From Alphaproteobacteria bacterium (lineage in GTDB: Bacteria > Pseudomonadota > Alphaproteobacteria > Sphingomonadales > Kordiimonadaceae): DNA of 64,000 nucleotides. A program made the translations under genes and the position numbers. Each line of letters opens with the position of its first letter. Position 1 is the first letter of the stretch. Of the stretch, positions 42,464-50,642 are shown one piece after another. The notes below the pieces were generated by a model, which was not told the origin of the DNA, did not search any database, and was given only the letters and a program-made list of their open reading frames with translations. The stretch covers positions 40,959 through 104,958 of the forward strand of contig JABXIS010000044.1 of the NCBI GenBank assembly GCA_013372975.1, in the 5' to 3' direction.

Positions 42464-42853
42464 TTAGCCTTCTTCCCTCACGATTTCAGCAAGGCGACCG
42501 ACAAGTGCCTTACCTTTTTCACCGCCATCACCGGTGATTCGGTTTTGAAGGACCACCTCAAAGGCACGAACATGCGACTCCGCAACCCGTTTGCCGAGAG
42601 TTTCGTTCAGACCTTTCAGGTAGACGCAGAATGACAAGCCAATTTCTGTCATCAACTGGAAATTGAAGCTGCTTCCCATGCCCTTGATATTGTGCGCCAG
42701 GTCATGCAAGCGATCAGCTTTACCACTATCCGCTGGTTCTTGATCCGGTAATGCATCCACTATTTCACGCATTTCGCGCACGGCGTCCGAAGTCCAGTCA
42801 ATAAACTGACCAACTAGTTCTTCATCGTCTGCGTATGATGCATCATTGGACAC
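42464..42853 (-). CDS. Stand-alone Hpt-domain protein
   Basis: LHDLAHNIKGMGSSF (HxxKG). Confidence 0.85.
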   Translation of the reverse strand: MSNDASYADDEELVGQFIDWTSDAVREMREIVDALPDQEPADSGKADRLHDLAHNIKGMGSSFNFQLMTEIGLSFCVYLKGLNETLGKRVAESHVRAFEVVLQNRITGDGGEKGKALVGRLAEIVREEG

Positions 42854-43027
42854 AGAAATTCGCCCTTCACTTGTTTAAAACCTGTCATAGGCTATCTAAA
42901 TTAGAAGCATTGACAAGATATATTGCAGTTGGCGACCAAATCACGGTGATATTCACGGTTTTCCTTGCATTAAGGTGGCCGCCTTCGATAAACCAAGGCA
43001 AACACATTCCGACCAAGGAGTAAACGG

Positions 43028-43243
43028 GTGACACCCAACGAGATCGCAAGACTGCAGGCCTACCTTCAAGGTAAGTTCAATAATAACATGATCAAACTGA
43101 TGCGCCGCCCAAAGGCGCCGGATTCTGTTGAGATGATGCTGGGCGATGAATTTCTCGGTGTTGTATACAGAGATGAGGACGAGGGCGAAGTGTCCTATTC
43201 CATGAACATCTGCGTTCTGGAAGAAGACCTTCCAAAAGTTTAA
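43028..43243 (+). CDS. DUF3126-family protein
   Basis: EIARLQAYLQGKF...EFLGVVYRDEDEGEVSY. Confidence 0.88.
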   Translation: MTPNEIARLQAYLQGKFNNNMIKLMRRPKAPDSVEMMLGDEFLGVVYRDEDEGEVSYSMNICVLEEDLPKV

Positions 43244-43359
43244 GGGCTTCATCACAGATCGATAAAGCCGGCCTCCAGAGTCGGCTTTTCTGTTTTCGGC
43301 TCTTGCAGCTTTTCATCGTTTGCTATTACCTATGGCTGTGTCCAATCAAGGGAACCGTT

Positions 43360-43578
43360 ATGCTTTATCTCATCGCACTGATTATCCCGCCATTAGCCTT
43401 GCTTCTATGTGGCAAACCGTTTCAGGCAATCCTAAGTGCTATCGTCTGGATATTGGCCTGGATTTTCGCGATTTTCGGTGCGGGCTTTATAATGTGGGTT
43501 GTGTTAGCCGTATGGGCCATCATGGTGGTACGCGATCGAAACACGCGAAAACTGATGGAAGAGATGCGGAAAGGCTGA
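43360..43578 (+). CDS. Small membrane protein, YqaE/Pmp3-like
   Basis: MLYLIALIIPPLALLLCGKPFQA. Confidence 0.75.
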   Translation: MLYLIALIIPPLALLLCGKPFQAILSAIVWILAWIFAIFGAGFIMWVVLAVWAIMVVRDRNTRKLMEEMRKG

Positions 43579-44238
43579 TTGACCAAGGTTGCCTTTTTGG
43601 AAAATGCATCCAGATCAAGTGAAACAGTTTCACTTCAGAGAACATGCATGCAAGCGGGTATTCGGTCCTTATTACCAGGTGAAGCCAGCCTGATTGGCAA
43701 TGTTGTCGCCAAGGCATTTGCCGATGATCCTGTCAATCTTTGGGCTTTCAATGGTACCAAAGCGATGCCGGCGGCCTTCACCGCAATGGCGCGTCATTAT
43801 TACCTTCGCCGCGGTTTTGGACACGTTACGGGCGATGGGAAGTCAGGCACCCTGTGGGTACCCCCGGGCATCTCCAAAAACTATGGAGTCACTGGAAATG
43901 TTTCTCTAGCTACAGCTATCCTTATGAAAGGCGGCCTAAAGGCCCTCAGGCGCGGCATTGCAATTGACAATGCGCTCATGAAAAAGCACCCAGTTCAGCC
44001 ACACTATTATCTATTTGCCATTGCAGTAGATCCCAACGCCCAAGGAATGGGATATGGCAGCCAATTAATGGCTCAGGCCCTGAGAAAAATCGACGCGGAT
44101 CACAAGCCTGCGTTTCTTGAAAACTCCAAGGCAGCGAACATCCCTTTTTATGAACGCCACGGCTTCCGGATTCTTGAAAAAATTGCTCCTGTTCCCGGCT
44201 GTCCGCCGATGTGGCTCATGTGGCGTGACGCCCAATAG
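43579..44238 (+). CDS. GNAT acetyltransferase
   Basis: AVDPNAQGMGYGS and NIPFYERHGF motifs; start may be ATG 43648. Confidence 0.88.
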   Translation: MTKVAFLENASRSSETVSLQRTCMQAGIRSLLPGEASLIGNVVAKAFADDPVNLWAFNGTKAMPAAFTAMARHYYLRRGFGHVTGDGKSGTLWVPPGISKNYGVTGNVSLATAILMKGGLKALRRGIAIDNALMKKHPVQPHYYLFAIAVDPNAQGMGYGSQLMAQALRKIDADHKPAFLENSKAANIPFYERHGFRILEKIAPVPGCPPMWLMWRDAQ

Positions 44239-44241
44239 CCG

Positions 44242-44709
44242 TTGAACGCTGTTTTCGCACGATGGTTGCATCTTACACAAATAACACGTATAGGTTTAAG
44301 TCAATGCTACCCAAAAAGACGAGGTTTGGCTGTGTTGCAGGAGCACTTTCAATCTATCACGGTATATTTTGATCTCCAGTCTGACCGAAGATCCGCAATA
44401 AGAGAAGCATATCAGAAATACGGCCTGCGGGTTCGCGTCTTGCCTCAATATCTTGCCTTCAGTGTCGGCATTCTCGCTGAACCCTTCTTTACCCTTGTTG
44501 GCGCAAACCATGCGCCTGCAGAGGCATCCACTATTGTGTCTCGGTTGTTGTTCGCGATGGTTATTGGCCTGTTGCTACTGCCAAACGTCTATAAGGCCAT
44601 CTTCAACCCGGCTAAGGCCGTGGGCCTTCAGATGCTGATACTGTGCCTGTTGGGACTGGGATGGCAGTCGCTATTCAAAGTGGTTGGCACTGCCGCTATT
44701 GGTTCTTAA
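44242..44709 (+). CDS. Hypothetical membrane protein
   Basis: About 3 hydrophobic segments; likely start GTG 44332. Confidence 0.5.
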   Translation: MNAVFARWLHLTQITRIGLSQCYPKRRGLAVLQEHFQSITVYFDLQSDRRSAIREAYQKYGLRVRVLPQYLAFSVGILAEPFFTLVGANHAPAEASTIVSRLLFAMVIGLLLLPNVYKAIFNPAKAVGLQMLILCLLGLGWQSLFKVVGTAAIGS

Positions 44710-44754
44710 AGCCCAGGCTAACCTGCTTGGCCAATACATATAAAAAGCAGACAT

Positions 44755-44785
44755 AAAAAAACCCGCTCGAGGAGCGGGTTTTTTT
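44755..44785. terminator. Bidirectional terminator; probable original tRNA-Arg terminator
   Basis: aaaaaaacccgctc-gag-gagcgggttttttt, a 14-bp stem adjoining the displaced tRNA 3' half. Confidence 0.88.
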
Positions 44786-44836
44786 GAGTGGCGCACCGGG
44801 GAGGATTCGAACCCCCGGCCCCCAGATTCGTAGTCT
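44782..44836 (-). repeat. att direct repeat (displaced tRNA-Arg 3' half)
   Basis: 55 bp identical to 49830-49884. Confidence 0.97.
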
Positions 44837-44940
44837 TGGTTTCAGGCTACACATGCACACCCACCGCACTCCAAAAGCCCTTAATTCCTGTATAGATACG
44901 CTCATCAATATTTTTCACCGCCCATTGAAACCCAGTGAAG

Positions 44941-44979
44941 TGGTAGCTAAATGGTAGCTAGAGAGATTTCTAGCAACCA
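44941..44979. repeat. Integrase arm-type sites, left cluster
   Basis: tggtagctaaa (44941-51), tggtagctaga (44952-62) and inverted tctagcaacca (44969-79). Confidence 0.75.
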
Positions 44980-44996
44980 CATCAAAGGGCGCAGCC

Positions 44997-46370
44997 ATGG
45001 CCGCAAAGAAAGCAAAAATATCCAAGCGCGTGGTAGACACCTTGAAGCCCGGCGAAACAGTCTGGGATACCGAAATTGCAGGCTTTGGCATTCGCTGCCA
45101 AACACGCGACAAAGTTTACATCCTCAAAAAGCGAATAAATGGCCGTCAGCGGTGGCTAACGATTGGCAAACATGGAGAGCCATTTACAGCCGACTTGGCC
45201 CGTGACGAGGCCCTAATCCTGCTTGGAGACATCAAAAAGGGCAACGACCCCGCCTTGGAGCGCGAAAAACGCAAGAACCAGCCAACCGTTGCCAACCTAA
45301 TGCAGCGATATTTGGAAGAACACGCATTCGAACATAAAAAGGCTTCCTCCGCTAAAGAGGATGAGGCGAACATCAGAAACCATATCGTGCCCCATTTGGG
45401 GAACAGGCAAGTGATTGACCTCACAGTCTCTGACATTGACGCCCTGAAACGCGCCATCAAGGCCGGGGGCGGCATAAGTCAAATAGCAAAAGACGAACCC
45501 GCCCCGCGCCTTAAGGGAGGTCCCGGCGCGGCGAATAGATGCCTCGCCCTGTTATCCAAGGCCATGAACCTAGCCATCAAATGGGGGTGGCGGGCAGACA
45601 ATCCGGTAAGCCATGTTTCGAAATACAAAGAAAACAAAATCGAGCGGTTTTTGTCTGAAACAGAAATCGCTGCAATCGCCGGGGCACTACGCAAGGCAGA
45701 ACTTGATGGCGCGAGCCCCTATGCAATTGCCGCTATCCGGCTCCTTATGTTCACAGGCGCAAGAAGGGGCGAAATTCTTACCCTCAAGTGGTCTGAAGTG
45801 CATTTCGATAAAGACCTGATTTTGCTTGGTGACTCCAAAACAGGGGCAAAGCCAATTTACCTGAACGCCCCAGCAAAAGATGTTTTGGCCGGATTACCAA
45901 AGCAAAAAGATAATCCTTATGTGATTTGTGGAACAAACCAGGGTAAGCACCTCACCAACCTTAAGCGCCTTTGGCAGAATGTGCGAAACCAAGCAACACT
46001 GGATATTTGGGCAAATACCGTTCCGGCACTGAATGAGTTTTTACAGTCCCAAAAGGAAACCCCACCGGCGCAGGCTATATCTGCCACCGCAAGATATGCC
46101 AAGAAGGAAGGCTTGGAATTACCCTCAGGCGTGCTGGACGTACGTATCCACGATTTGCGGCATACATTTGCCAGCGTTGGAGCAATGGGCGGCTTGTCTC
46201 TCCATATGATTGGAAAGCTACTTGGGCACAAACAGGCCGGAACCACTCAGAGATATGCGCATTTGGCTGACAACCCAATACTGGATGCAAGCAATAAAAT
46301 TAGTGCGAAACTAGCGGATTGCATGAATCTAGATACATTAACTGCCAAAACCGAAATACAGAGGGGTTAA
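44997..46370 (+). CDS. Tyrosine recombinase/integrase with N-terminal arm-binding domain
   Basis: TGARRGE (R), SKTG (K), HDLRH, LGH and RYAHL (Y) catalytic residues intact. Confidence 0.97.
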   Translation: MAAKKAKISKRVVDTLKPGETVWDTEIAGFGIRCQTRDKVYILKKRINGRQRWLTIGKHGEPFTADLARDEALILLGDIKKGNDPALEREKRKNQPTVANLMQRYLEEHAFEHKKASSAKEDEANIRNHIVPHLGNRQVIDLTVSDIDALKRAIKAGGGISQIAKDEPAPRLKGGPGAANRCLALLSKAMNLAIKWGWRADNPVSHVSKYKENKIERFLSETEIAAIAGALRKAELDGASPYAIAAIRLLMFTGARRGEILTLKWSEVHFDKDLILLGDSKTGAKPIYLNAPAKDVLAGLPKQKDNPYVICGTNQGKHLTNLKRLWQNVRNQATLDIWANTVPALNEFLQSQKETPPAQAISATARYAKKEGLELPSGVLDVRIHDLRHTFASVGAMGGLSLHMIGKLLGHKQAGTTQRYAHLADNPILDASNKISAKLADCMNLDTLTAKTEIQRG

Positions 46371-46373
46371 CTC

Positions 46374-47234
46374 ATGCGAGAGCTTTTTCAGAGCAAGCCA
46401 ATAAACCCCCGATATATAAATCTATTCATTCCCACTGGATGGAGGTATCTATTTGAGGTTCCGACTGAATGGGCTCAGGAAGTCTGCGATTTCTCTGAAG
46501 ATGACCAAAAGAATATACGCCTCCTCGAACAAAAGAAGCGTTGCGAGCATACTCTCCAAAAAGTACCCGCTACCATAATTAGCGGCAATGATTGGCAGAT
46601 AAGAGCCGCGAGGAACCGAGAAGCCAGAGAAAGCTTAGAAAATTCATTGCACAGAGCGACCGCAGAAATCGCCGAAAGAAAAATCGAAATTGAGCAATCC
46701 CAAAAGCGGCTAGGGGCATTCCAGAAACAAGTACTGTTTTTTCAGAATTCCATTCGACAGCAATATGCAGAAGGCATGTATAAAGCCCAGCTCACTACAC
46801 CCAGCGGGCTTATTCTAGACATAGACACCACGTTTTTTCGTAGAAACGACATTCACGAGATGTGGCGCAAAGGCGTTGGGTTCGCGATGGCTCGCGACAT
46901 TACTGGTTACGGCCAAAGCAAGGCAGATGGGCTTGTTCTCGCCAACATAGATGACCTTGAAAAGCTAAAAGCCATCTTGCTTGAAACGCCAAGGGGCGGA
47001 GGACACAGCCAAAAAGCTCATCTTCGTAGAGAATTAGCGAACTGGATGAAGATAGAGCTTCCCAAGCTTCCAAAAAGCCTCTCCTTCGACGCCATTTTTG
47101 AACTGGCGAAGGAATGCTTCAAAGACCACCCAGGCAACATCAGCAAATCCTTGTTTCGGGAAGTCTGGAAAAAAGAAGCACCTCCCGAGCGAAAAGAGCC
47201 TGGTGCGAAACCCAAGAAATCCCCCGAAAAATAA
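46374..47234 (+). CDS. Hypothetical protein of the element (coiled coil, basic C-terminus)
   Basis: 286-aa ORF starting 3 nt after the integrase stop. Confidence 0.75.
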   Translation: MRELFQSKPINPRYINLFIPTGWRYLFEVPTEWAQEVCDFSEDDQKNIRLLEQKKRCEHTLQKVPATIISGNDWQIRAARNREARESLENSLHRATAEIAERKIEIEQSQKRLGAFQKQVLFFQNSIRQQYAEGMYKAQLTTPSGLILDIDTTFFRRNDIHEMWRKGVGFAMARDITGYGQSKADGLVLANIDDLEKLKAILLETPRGGGHSQKAHLRRELANWMKIELPKLPKSLSFDAIFELAKECFKDHPGNISKSLFREVWKKEAPPERKEPGAKPKKSPEK

Positions 47235-47351
47235 TCATCTGGTTTTTTAGAAAAGCATCAACATTCCTCGTCTTTTTTTCCAACGCCTCATACGGGCACA
47301 ATTCCTTTCACACAGGCTTCTTCGCCTCCATCAAATTGAAAGGAACCCTAC

Positions 47352-47555
47352 ATGAGCAAGCTGCTCTCAGAACTACAGGCCTCAGAGTATTTAGGAAGCA
47401 TTCCACCCAAAACACTGGCCCGATGGCGACTGGAAGGCGGCCACATTCCATATGTGAAGTGTGGGAAAGCGGTACGCTATCGCCAGTGCGACCTGGACGC
47501 CTACATCGAAGCGAACGTGCGCACCTCCACTTCCGAAAAGGGGGCCGCGCAATGA
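47352..47555 (+). CDS. Excisionase/AlpA-like HTH protein
   Basis: LSELQASEYLGSIPPKTLARWRLEGGHIPYVKCGKAVRYRQCDLDAYI. Confidence 0.9.
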   Translation: MSKLLSELQASEYLGSIPPKTLARWRLEGGHIPYVKCGKAVRYRQCDLDAYIEANVRTSTSEKGAAQ

Positions 47556-47779
47556 AAAGGTTTCAGAAATTAAAAACCCCAAGTGTCGTTGCAGCGACAC
47601 AAGGGGCAAATCAGAAAACCTCAGCAGATTTTCAAAGACATGATAAGCGGGTTTTCTCGCACCGCCAAGCCCACAATTTCTCCCTGCGGTGGATTACGCG
47701 AAAATGCGGCATTCCTTCGCACCTTGCACCCACCATCGCCTTTCTAGCAGGCATCAAGGGAGGGCAGGCCAATGACTAA
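47552..47779 (+). CDS. Small hypothetical protein of the element
   Basis: ATGA overlap with the HTH gene; overlaps the next start; 75 aa. Confidence 0.6.
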   Translation: MKRFQKLKTPSVVAATQGANQKTSADFQRHDKRVFSHRQAHNFSLRWITRKCGIPSHLAPTIAFLAGIKGGQAND

Positions 47780-48065
47780 GTATAAAATCACCGTCATAAT
47801 CGTTCGAGAAAACAGCGCCGCTACCAAGATTTTCTGTGGCCGCGTTGCTTGGGCCCTTAACGAGCTCATTCGCGTAGGTGAAAGGGGGGTTACACCCATC
47901 ACCCACCCTGCGCCAAGGTGGTCAGCCTATATCCACATTCTTCGCGGCGAAGGGCTGATAATTGAAACGATTCATGAAAAGCATGGCGGTCGCTTTCCCG
48001 GCACACATGGCCGCTACATATTGCGAAGCATTGTTCATCTCGTTCACGCCAACGACAATGATTGA
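47772..48065 (+). CDS. Small winged-helix-like protein
   Basis: AWALNELIRVGERGVT...PRWSAYIHILR.EGLIIET...GRY.L. Confidence 0.75.
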   Translation: MTKYKITVIIVRENSAATKIFCGRVAWALNELIRVGERGVTPITHPAPRWSAYIHILRGEGLIIETIHEKHGGRFPGTHGRYILRSIVHLVHANDND

Positions 48066-48637
48066 GCATTTCCATGGCATTCGGAAAAGCAAACAACACA
48101 GGCCGTTCCAGCAATAAGCATAACGGCAACAGGGGGGACGCGCTGCGCCCCCCGAAAGGCCAGCAATGGATTTGGCATACACAAGAAATGCTAGAATCCC
48201 CAGCATGGCAGGCACTATCGATTTATGCGAGGCAGTTTCTTGGCGCTCTTGAAATTGAGCACATGAATCATGCTGGCCAAGCAAACGGGCGGCTAATGGC
48301 AACCTATGACCAGTTGGTAGCTTCCGGCATTACAAGAAACAAAATCAGGCAAGCGATAGAGGAAACAGAATATCTTGGCTTTATCGAAGTCACCCGTCCC
48401 GGTGGGCGATGGGCCAACTCAAATCAGCCCAGCATGTATAGGCTCACCTATTTTGGTACCATTGAGGGCCAGCATGGCTTTCCTCCAACCAACGAATGGA
48501 AAAAAACCACAGTTAAGAAAATTGCTGCTTGGAAAGAAATACTGAAGCATAAAAGACGGCGTTCCAGAGGCTCAAAAAACATGTTTGGCAGTTCCACAAT
48601 TGAAACTACGATAGTACCAATGGAGGCACTACCATAA
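48062..48637 (+). CDS. HTH protein, putative replication initiator
   Basis: MLESPAWQALS...NGRL...IRQAIEE..YLGFIEVTR.GG...PSMYRLT; imperfect repeat pair at its 3' end. Confidence 0.6.
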   Translation: MSISMAFGKANNTGRSSNKHNGNRGDALRPPKGQQWIWHTQEMLESPAWQALSIYARQFLGALEIEHMNHAGQANGRLMATYDQLVASGITRNKIRQAIEETEYLGFIEVTRPGGRWANSNQPSMYRLTYFGTIEGQHGFPPTNEWKKTTVKKIAAWKEILKHKRRRSRGSKNMFGSSTIETTIVPMEALP

Positions 48638-48721
48638 TGCACTTTCTGGCACTCCGCATTTAAGTGGGGCCCCAGGAAACGGCGGGTTTGTTGCTTAAGG
48701 CCATAGTACCAGCGGGGGCAC
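48611..48721 (+). repeat. Imperfect 19-nt direct repeat pair (iteron-like)
   Basis: atagtaccaatggaggcac (48611-29) vs atagtaccagcgggggcac (48703-21), 16/19 identical. Confidence 0.55.
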
Positions 48722-48850
48722 CGCTTATATATTTTGGTTCTATTCGCGTTTAGACTAGGCTGCCCGAAATATTATGTTGCCCGCCACCGCAATAGAGTTT
48801 TTTCACACCTTTACGCGCACGCGCGCGCGAGGCATGTTGAAAGGCTGCCG

Positions 48851-49252
48851 ATGCTAAGAAATCTAATATTGTTGTTTGCTTTTGCGTCGCTTGTTGCTTG
48901 TGGTGAAGCTCATCCCAATGAGGTTGAGGTCGAATATGTTTACGATGGCGACACAATTACAGTTGTACGCCTCGGAGACCAGGAACATGTCCGAATCAGA
49001 CTGATGGGCTACGACACAGCGGAAATAAAGTCGTCCAAATGCGCTCGTGAAAAGGCACTAGCCCTCGAACAAAAAGATGCGCTGGCTTCTCTTATCGGAG
49101 ACTCCATCATCCTCCAAGTTGAGGGAAAGGATAGATATGGCCGGACATTGGCCTGGGGTTTCACAGCCGTGGGTCAGTCTGTCAGCGAGTATATGATTTC
49201 AGAGCACAACGCCCGTCCTTACGATGGCGGTAAACGTCGCTCTTGGTGCTAG
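48851..49252 (+). CDS. Thermonuclease (SNase-family) lipoprotein
   Basis: Lipobox LVAC; YDGDTI, RLMGYDTAE and DRYGRTL motifs. Confidence 0.88.
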   Translation: MLRNLILLFAFASLVACGEAHPNEVEVEYVYDGDTITVVRLGDQEHVRIRLMGYDTAEIKSSKCAREKALALEQKDALASLIGDSIILQVEGKDRYGRTLAWGFTAVGQSVSEYMISEHNARPYDGGKRRSWC

Positions 49253-49325
49253 CACCCATTCCGCCAAACATCTTCTTAGCCCACGGATTCGTGTTATGGT
49301 CCTAGAGACTGGTAAGGATTCTCGC

Positions 49326-49769
49326 ATGAGACACAACAAGCTCGCCACAACAGGGATTAGCTTTCTTCTTCTTGCGCTGCCTCTAAACGCAGATGACGAG
49401 CCCCCGATAGACAAAGATGACGTTTACACTTTGGCGCAACAGTTTGCTAGCTGTGCTGGCTTATATGACGCCTTGGCACAATCCGTTCAAGACCAAATAG
49501 GTAATTCGGCTATGGTGGAACAATTCAAGGGCATGGCGAATGGTGCGCAGATTACTGCCCAATATGTCGCTCAACAGGCCATTGACACTGAGAAGGCAAA
49601 AGAATTTGCCTCGAATGGCCGAAAAACGTTTTCTGCATCTTGGGGTTTACGCGTTGACCCAGAACCTGACAAGGCCGCACAACAAGAAATGAATATTTGC
49701 TTAGAGCTGAATCCTTTCCAAGCCGATGTAGTCGAAAGGGCGAGAAAAAAGGCTTACGGATTTAATTGA
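49326..49769 (+). CDS. Secreted hypothetical protein
   Basis: Signal peptide MRHNKLATTGISFLLLALPLNA; two Cys. Confidence 0.75.
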   Translation: MRHNKLATTGISFLLLALPLNADDEPPIDKDDVYTLAQQFASCAGLYDALAQSVQDQIGNSAMVEQFKGMANGAQITAQYVAQQAIDTEKAKEFASNGRKTFSASWGLRVDPEPDKAAQQEMNICLELNPFQADVVERARKKAYGFN

Positions 49770-49791
49770 TGGTTGCTAATTGGTAGCTAGA
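49770..49791. repeat. Integrase arm-type sites, right cluster
   Basis: tggttgctaat plus tggtagctaga; 20/22 identical to 44941-44962. Confidence 0.75.
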
Positions 49792-49794
49792 AAC

Positions 49795-49828
49795 AAAAAA
49801 GGGCTTCAGCAAAATTTGCTAAGCCCTT
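49795..49828 (-). terminator. Element-supplied terminator for the restored tRNA
   Basis: aagggctt-c-agcaa...ttgct-aagccctt stem followed by a T-tract on the minus strand. Confidence 0.75.
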
Positions 49829-49829
49829 G

Positions 49830-49884
49830 TTTTGAGTGGCGCACCGGGGAGGATTCGAACCCCCGGCCCCCAGATTCGTAGTCT
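49830..49884 (-). repeat. att direct repeat within the intact tRNA
   Basis: 55 bp identical to 44782-44836. Confidence 0.97.
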
Positions 49885-49913
49885 GGTGCTCTATCCAGCT
49901 GAGCTACCGGTGC
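49837..49913 (-). tRNA. tRNA-Arg(ACG)
   Basis: 77-nt cloverleaf GCACCGGTAGCTCAGCTGGATAGAGCACCAGACT-ACG-AATCTGG...GGTTCGAATCC...CGCCA with encoded CCA. Confidence 0.98.
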
Positions 49914-50073
49914 ATTGCCATCAAATTTTCACCAAAAGCGTTATCGCCTCGTGGTGTGCGGCGGAACCTAATCAGATTGCATTTATATTGCAAGAGAGAA
50001 ATCGCATTTTCTTGTTTTGACCATATTTCGCCGATAAGTTACGTTCCTCAAGTGGCGGAAAAATAAGGCTTTT

Positions 50074-50634
50074 ATGGTGAAAAAACAGGGAAAAATTGCA
50101 TCAATTTTTATCGCTTCCGCGATTCTGACAGCTTGTTCCACAGGCAAGGCAGATTGGCCGAATCTTTCGGACCCCGTCCCTGATGCATTAGAACGGCAAC
50201 GCGCCATTGAAACATCGGGCACGGCCAACATCATTCCGGGGCAAAAGCCAAGCGCTCCTGAACGGCCAAGTCTGATCGGCGATTCTGACGCTGTACCAAC
50301 GGCTGACCCTACGCCGGAGAGCGTCGAGGAGGCTACAACGCTATTTCAAAATATTAAAAAGGCGCTTCGAGAAGAAACCTTGTCCTATCGCGAAACCAAG
50401 GCAAAATTAGCAGATTCCGACAACCCTGAAAGCAAACAGGATGCCTGGTTTGCGGCACAACTGGCGCTAACACGCCTGAGCCGTACGGCAAGCCGCCTGG
50501 AAACAATAGTCGCTCTAAAGATGCCGGACCTGGCTGCTGCAGCGATCTCCGAATCAGATATCATTGATCGGTTTGTTGTCGGAGAACGTCAGTTTCTGAT
50601 GGACGCGGAACCCGAGGCGGGCAGGCATCAGTAA
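50074..50634 (+). CDS. Hypothetical lipoprotein
   Basis: Lipobox ILTAC. Confidence 0.7.
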   Translation: MVKKQGKIASIFIASAILTACSTGKADWPNLSDPVPDALERQRAIETSGTANIIPGQKPSAPERPSLIGDSDAVPTADPTPESVEEATTLFQNIKKALREETLSYRETKAKLADSDNPESKQDAWFAAQLALTRLSRTASRLETIVALKMPDLAAAAISESDIIDRFVVGERQFLMDAEPEAGRHQ

Positions 50635-50642
50635 CCAGTAGG

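Larger units (their letters stand above)
44782..49884. mobile_element. Integrative element in tRNA-Arg(ACG), 5,048-bp excisable unit
   Basis: 55-bp att repeats, tyrosine integrase, excisionase-like HTH, arm-type repeats and cargo genes. Confidence 0.95.

Noticed and set aside
44789-44836. Apparent second tRNA-Arg gene
   Set aside because: Only the 3' half is present (no D-arm or 5' acceptor strand); it is the att duplication.
47114-47551. N-terminal extension of the 221-aa ORF 47114-47779
   Set aside because: Overlaps two better-supported genes; the ATGA-coupled start at 47552 is more plausible.
48737-48751. GTTC-N7-GTTT as a LexA box in the element
   Set aside because: Mismatch in a core position, and such near-matches arise by chance; would need a PWM score or EMSA.
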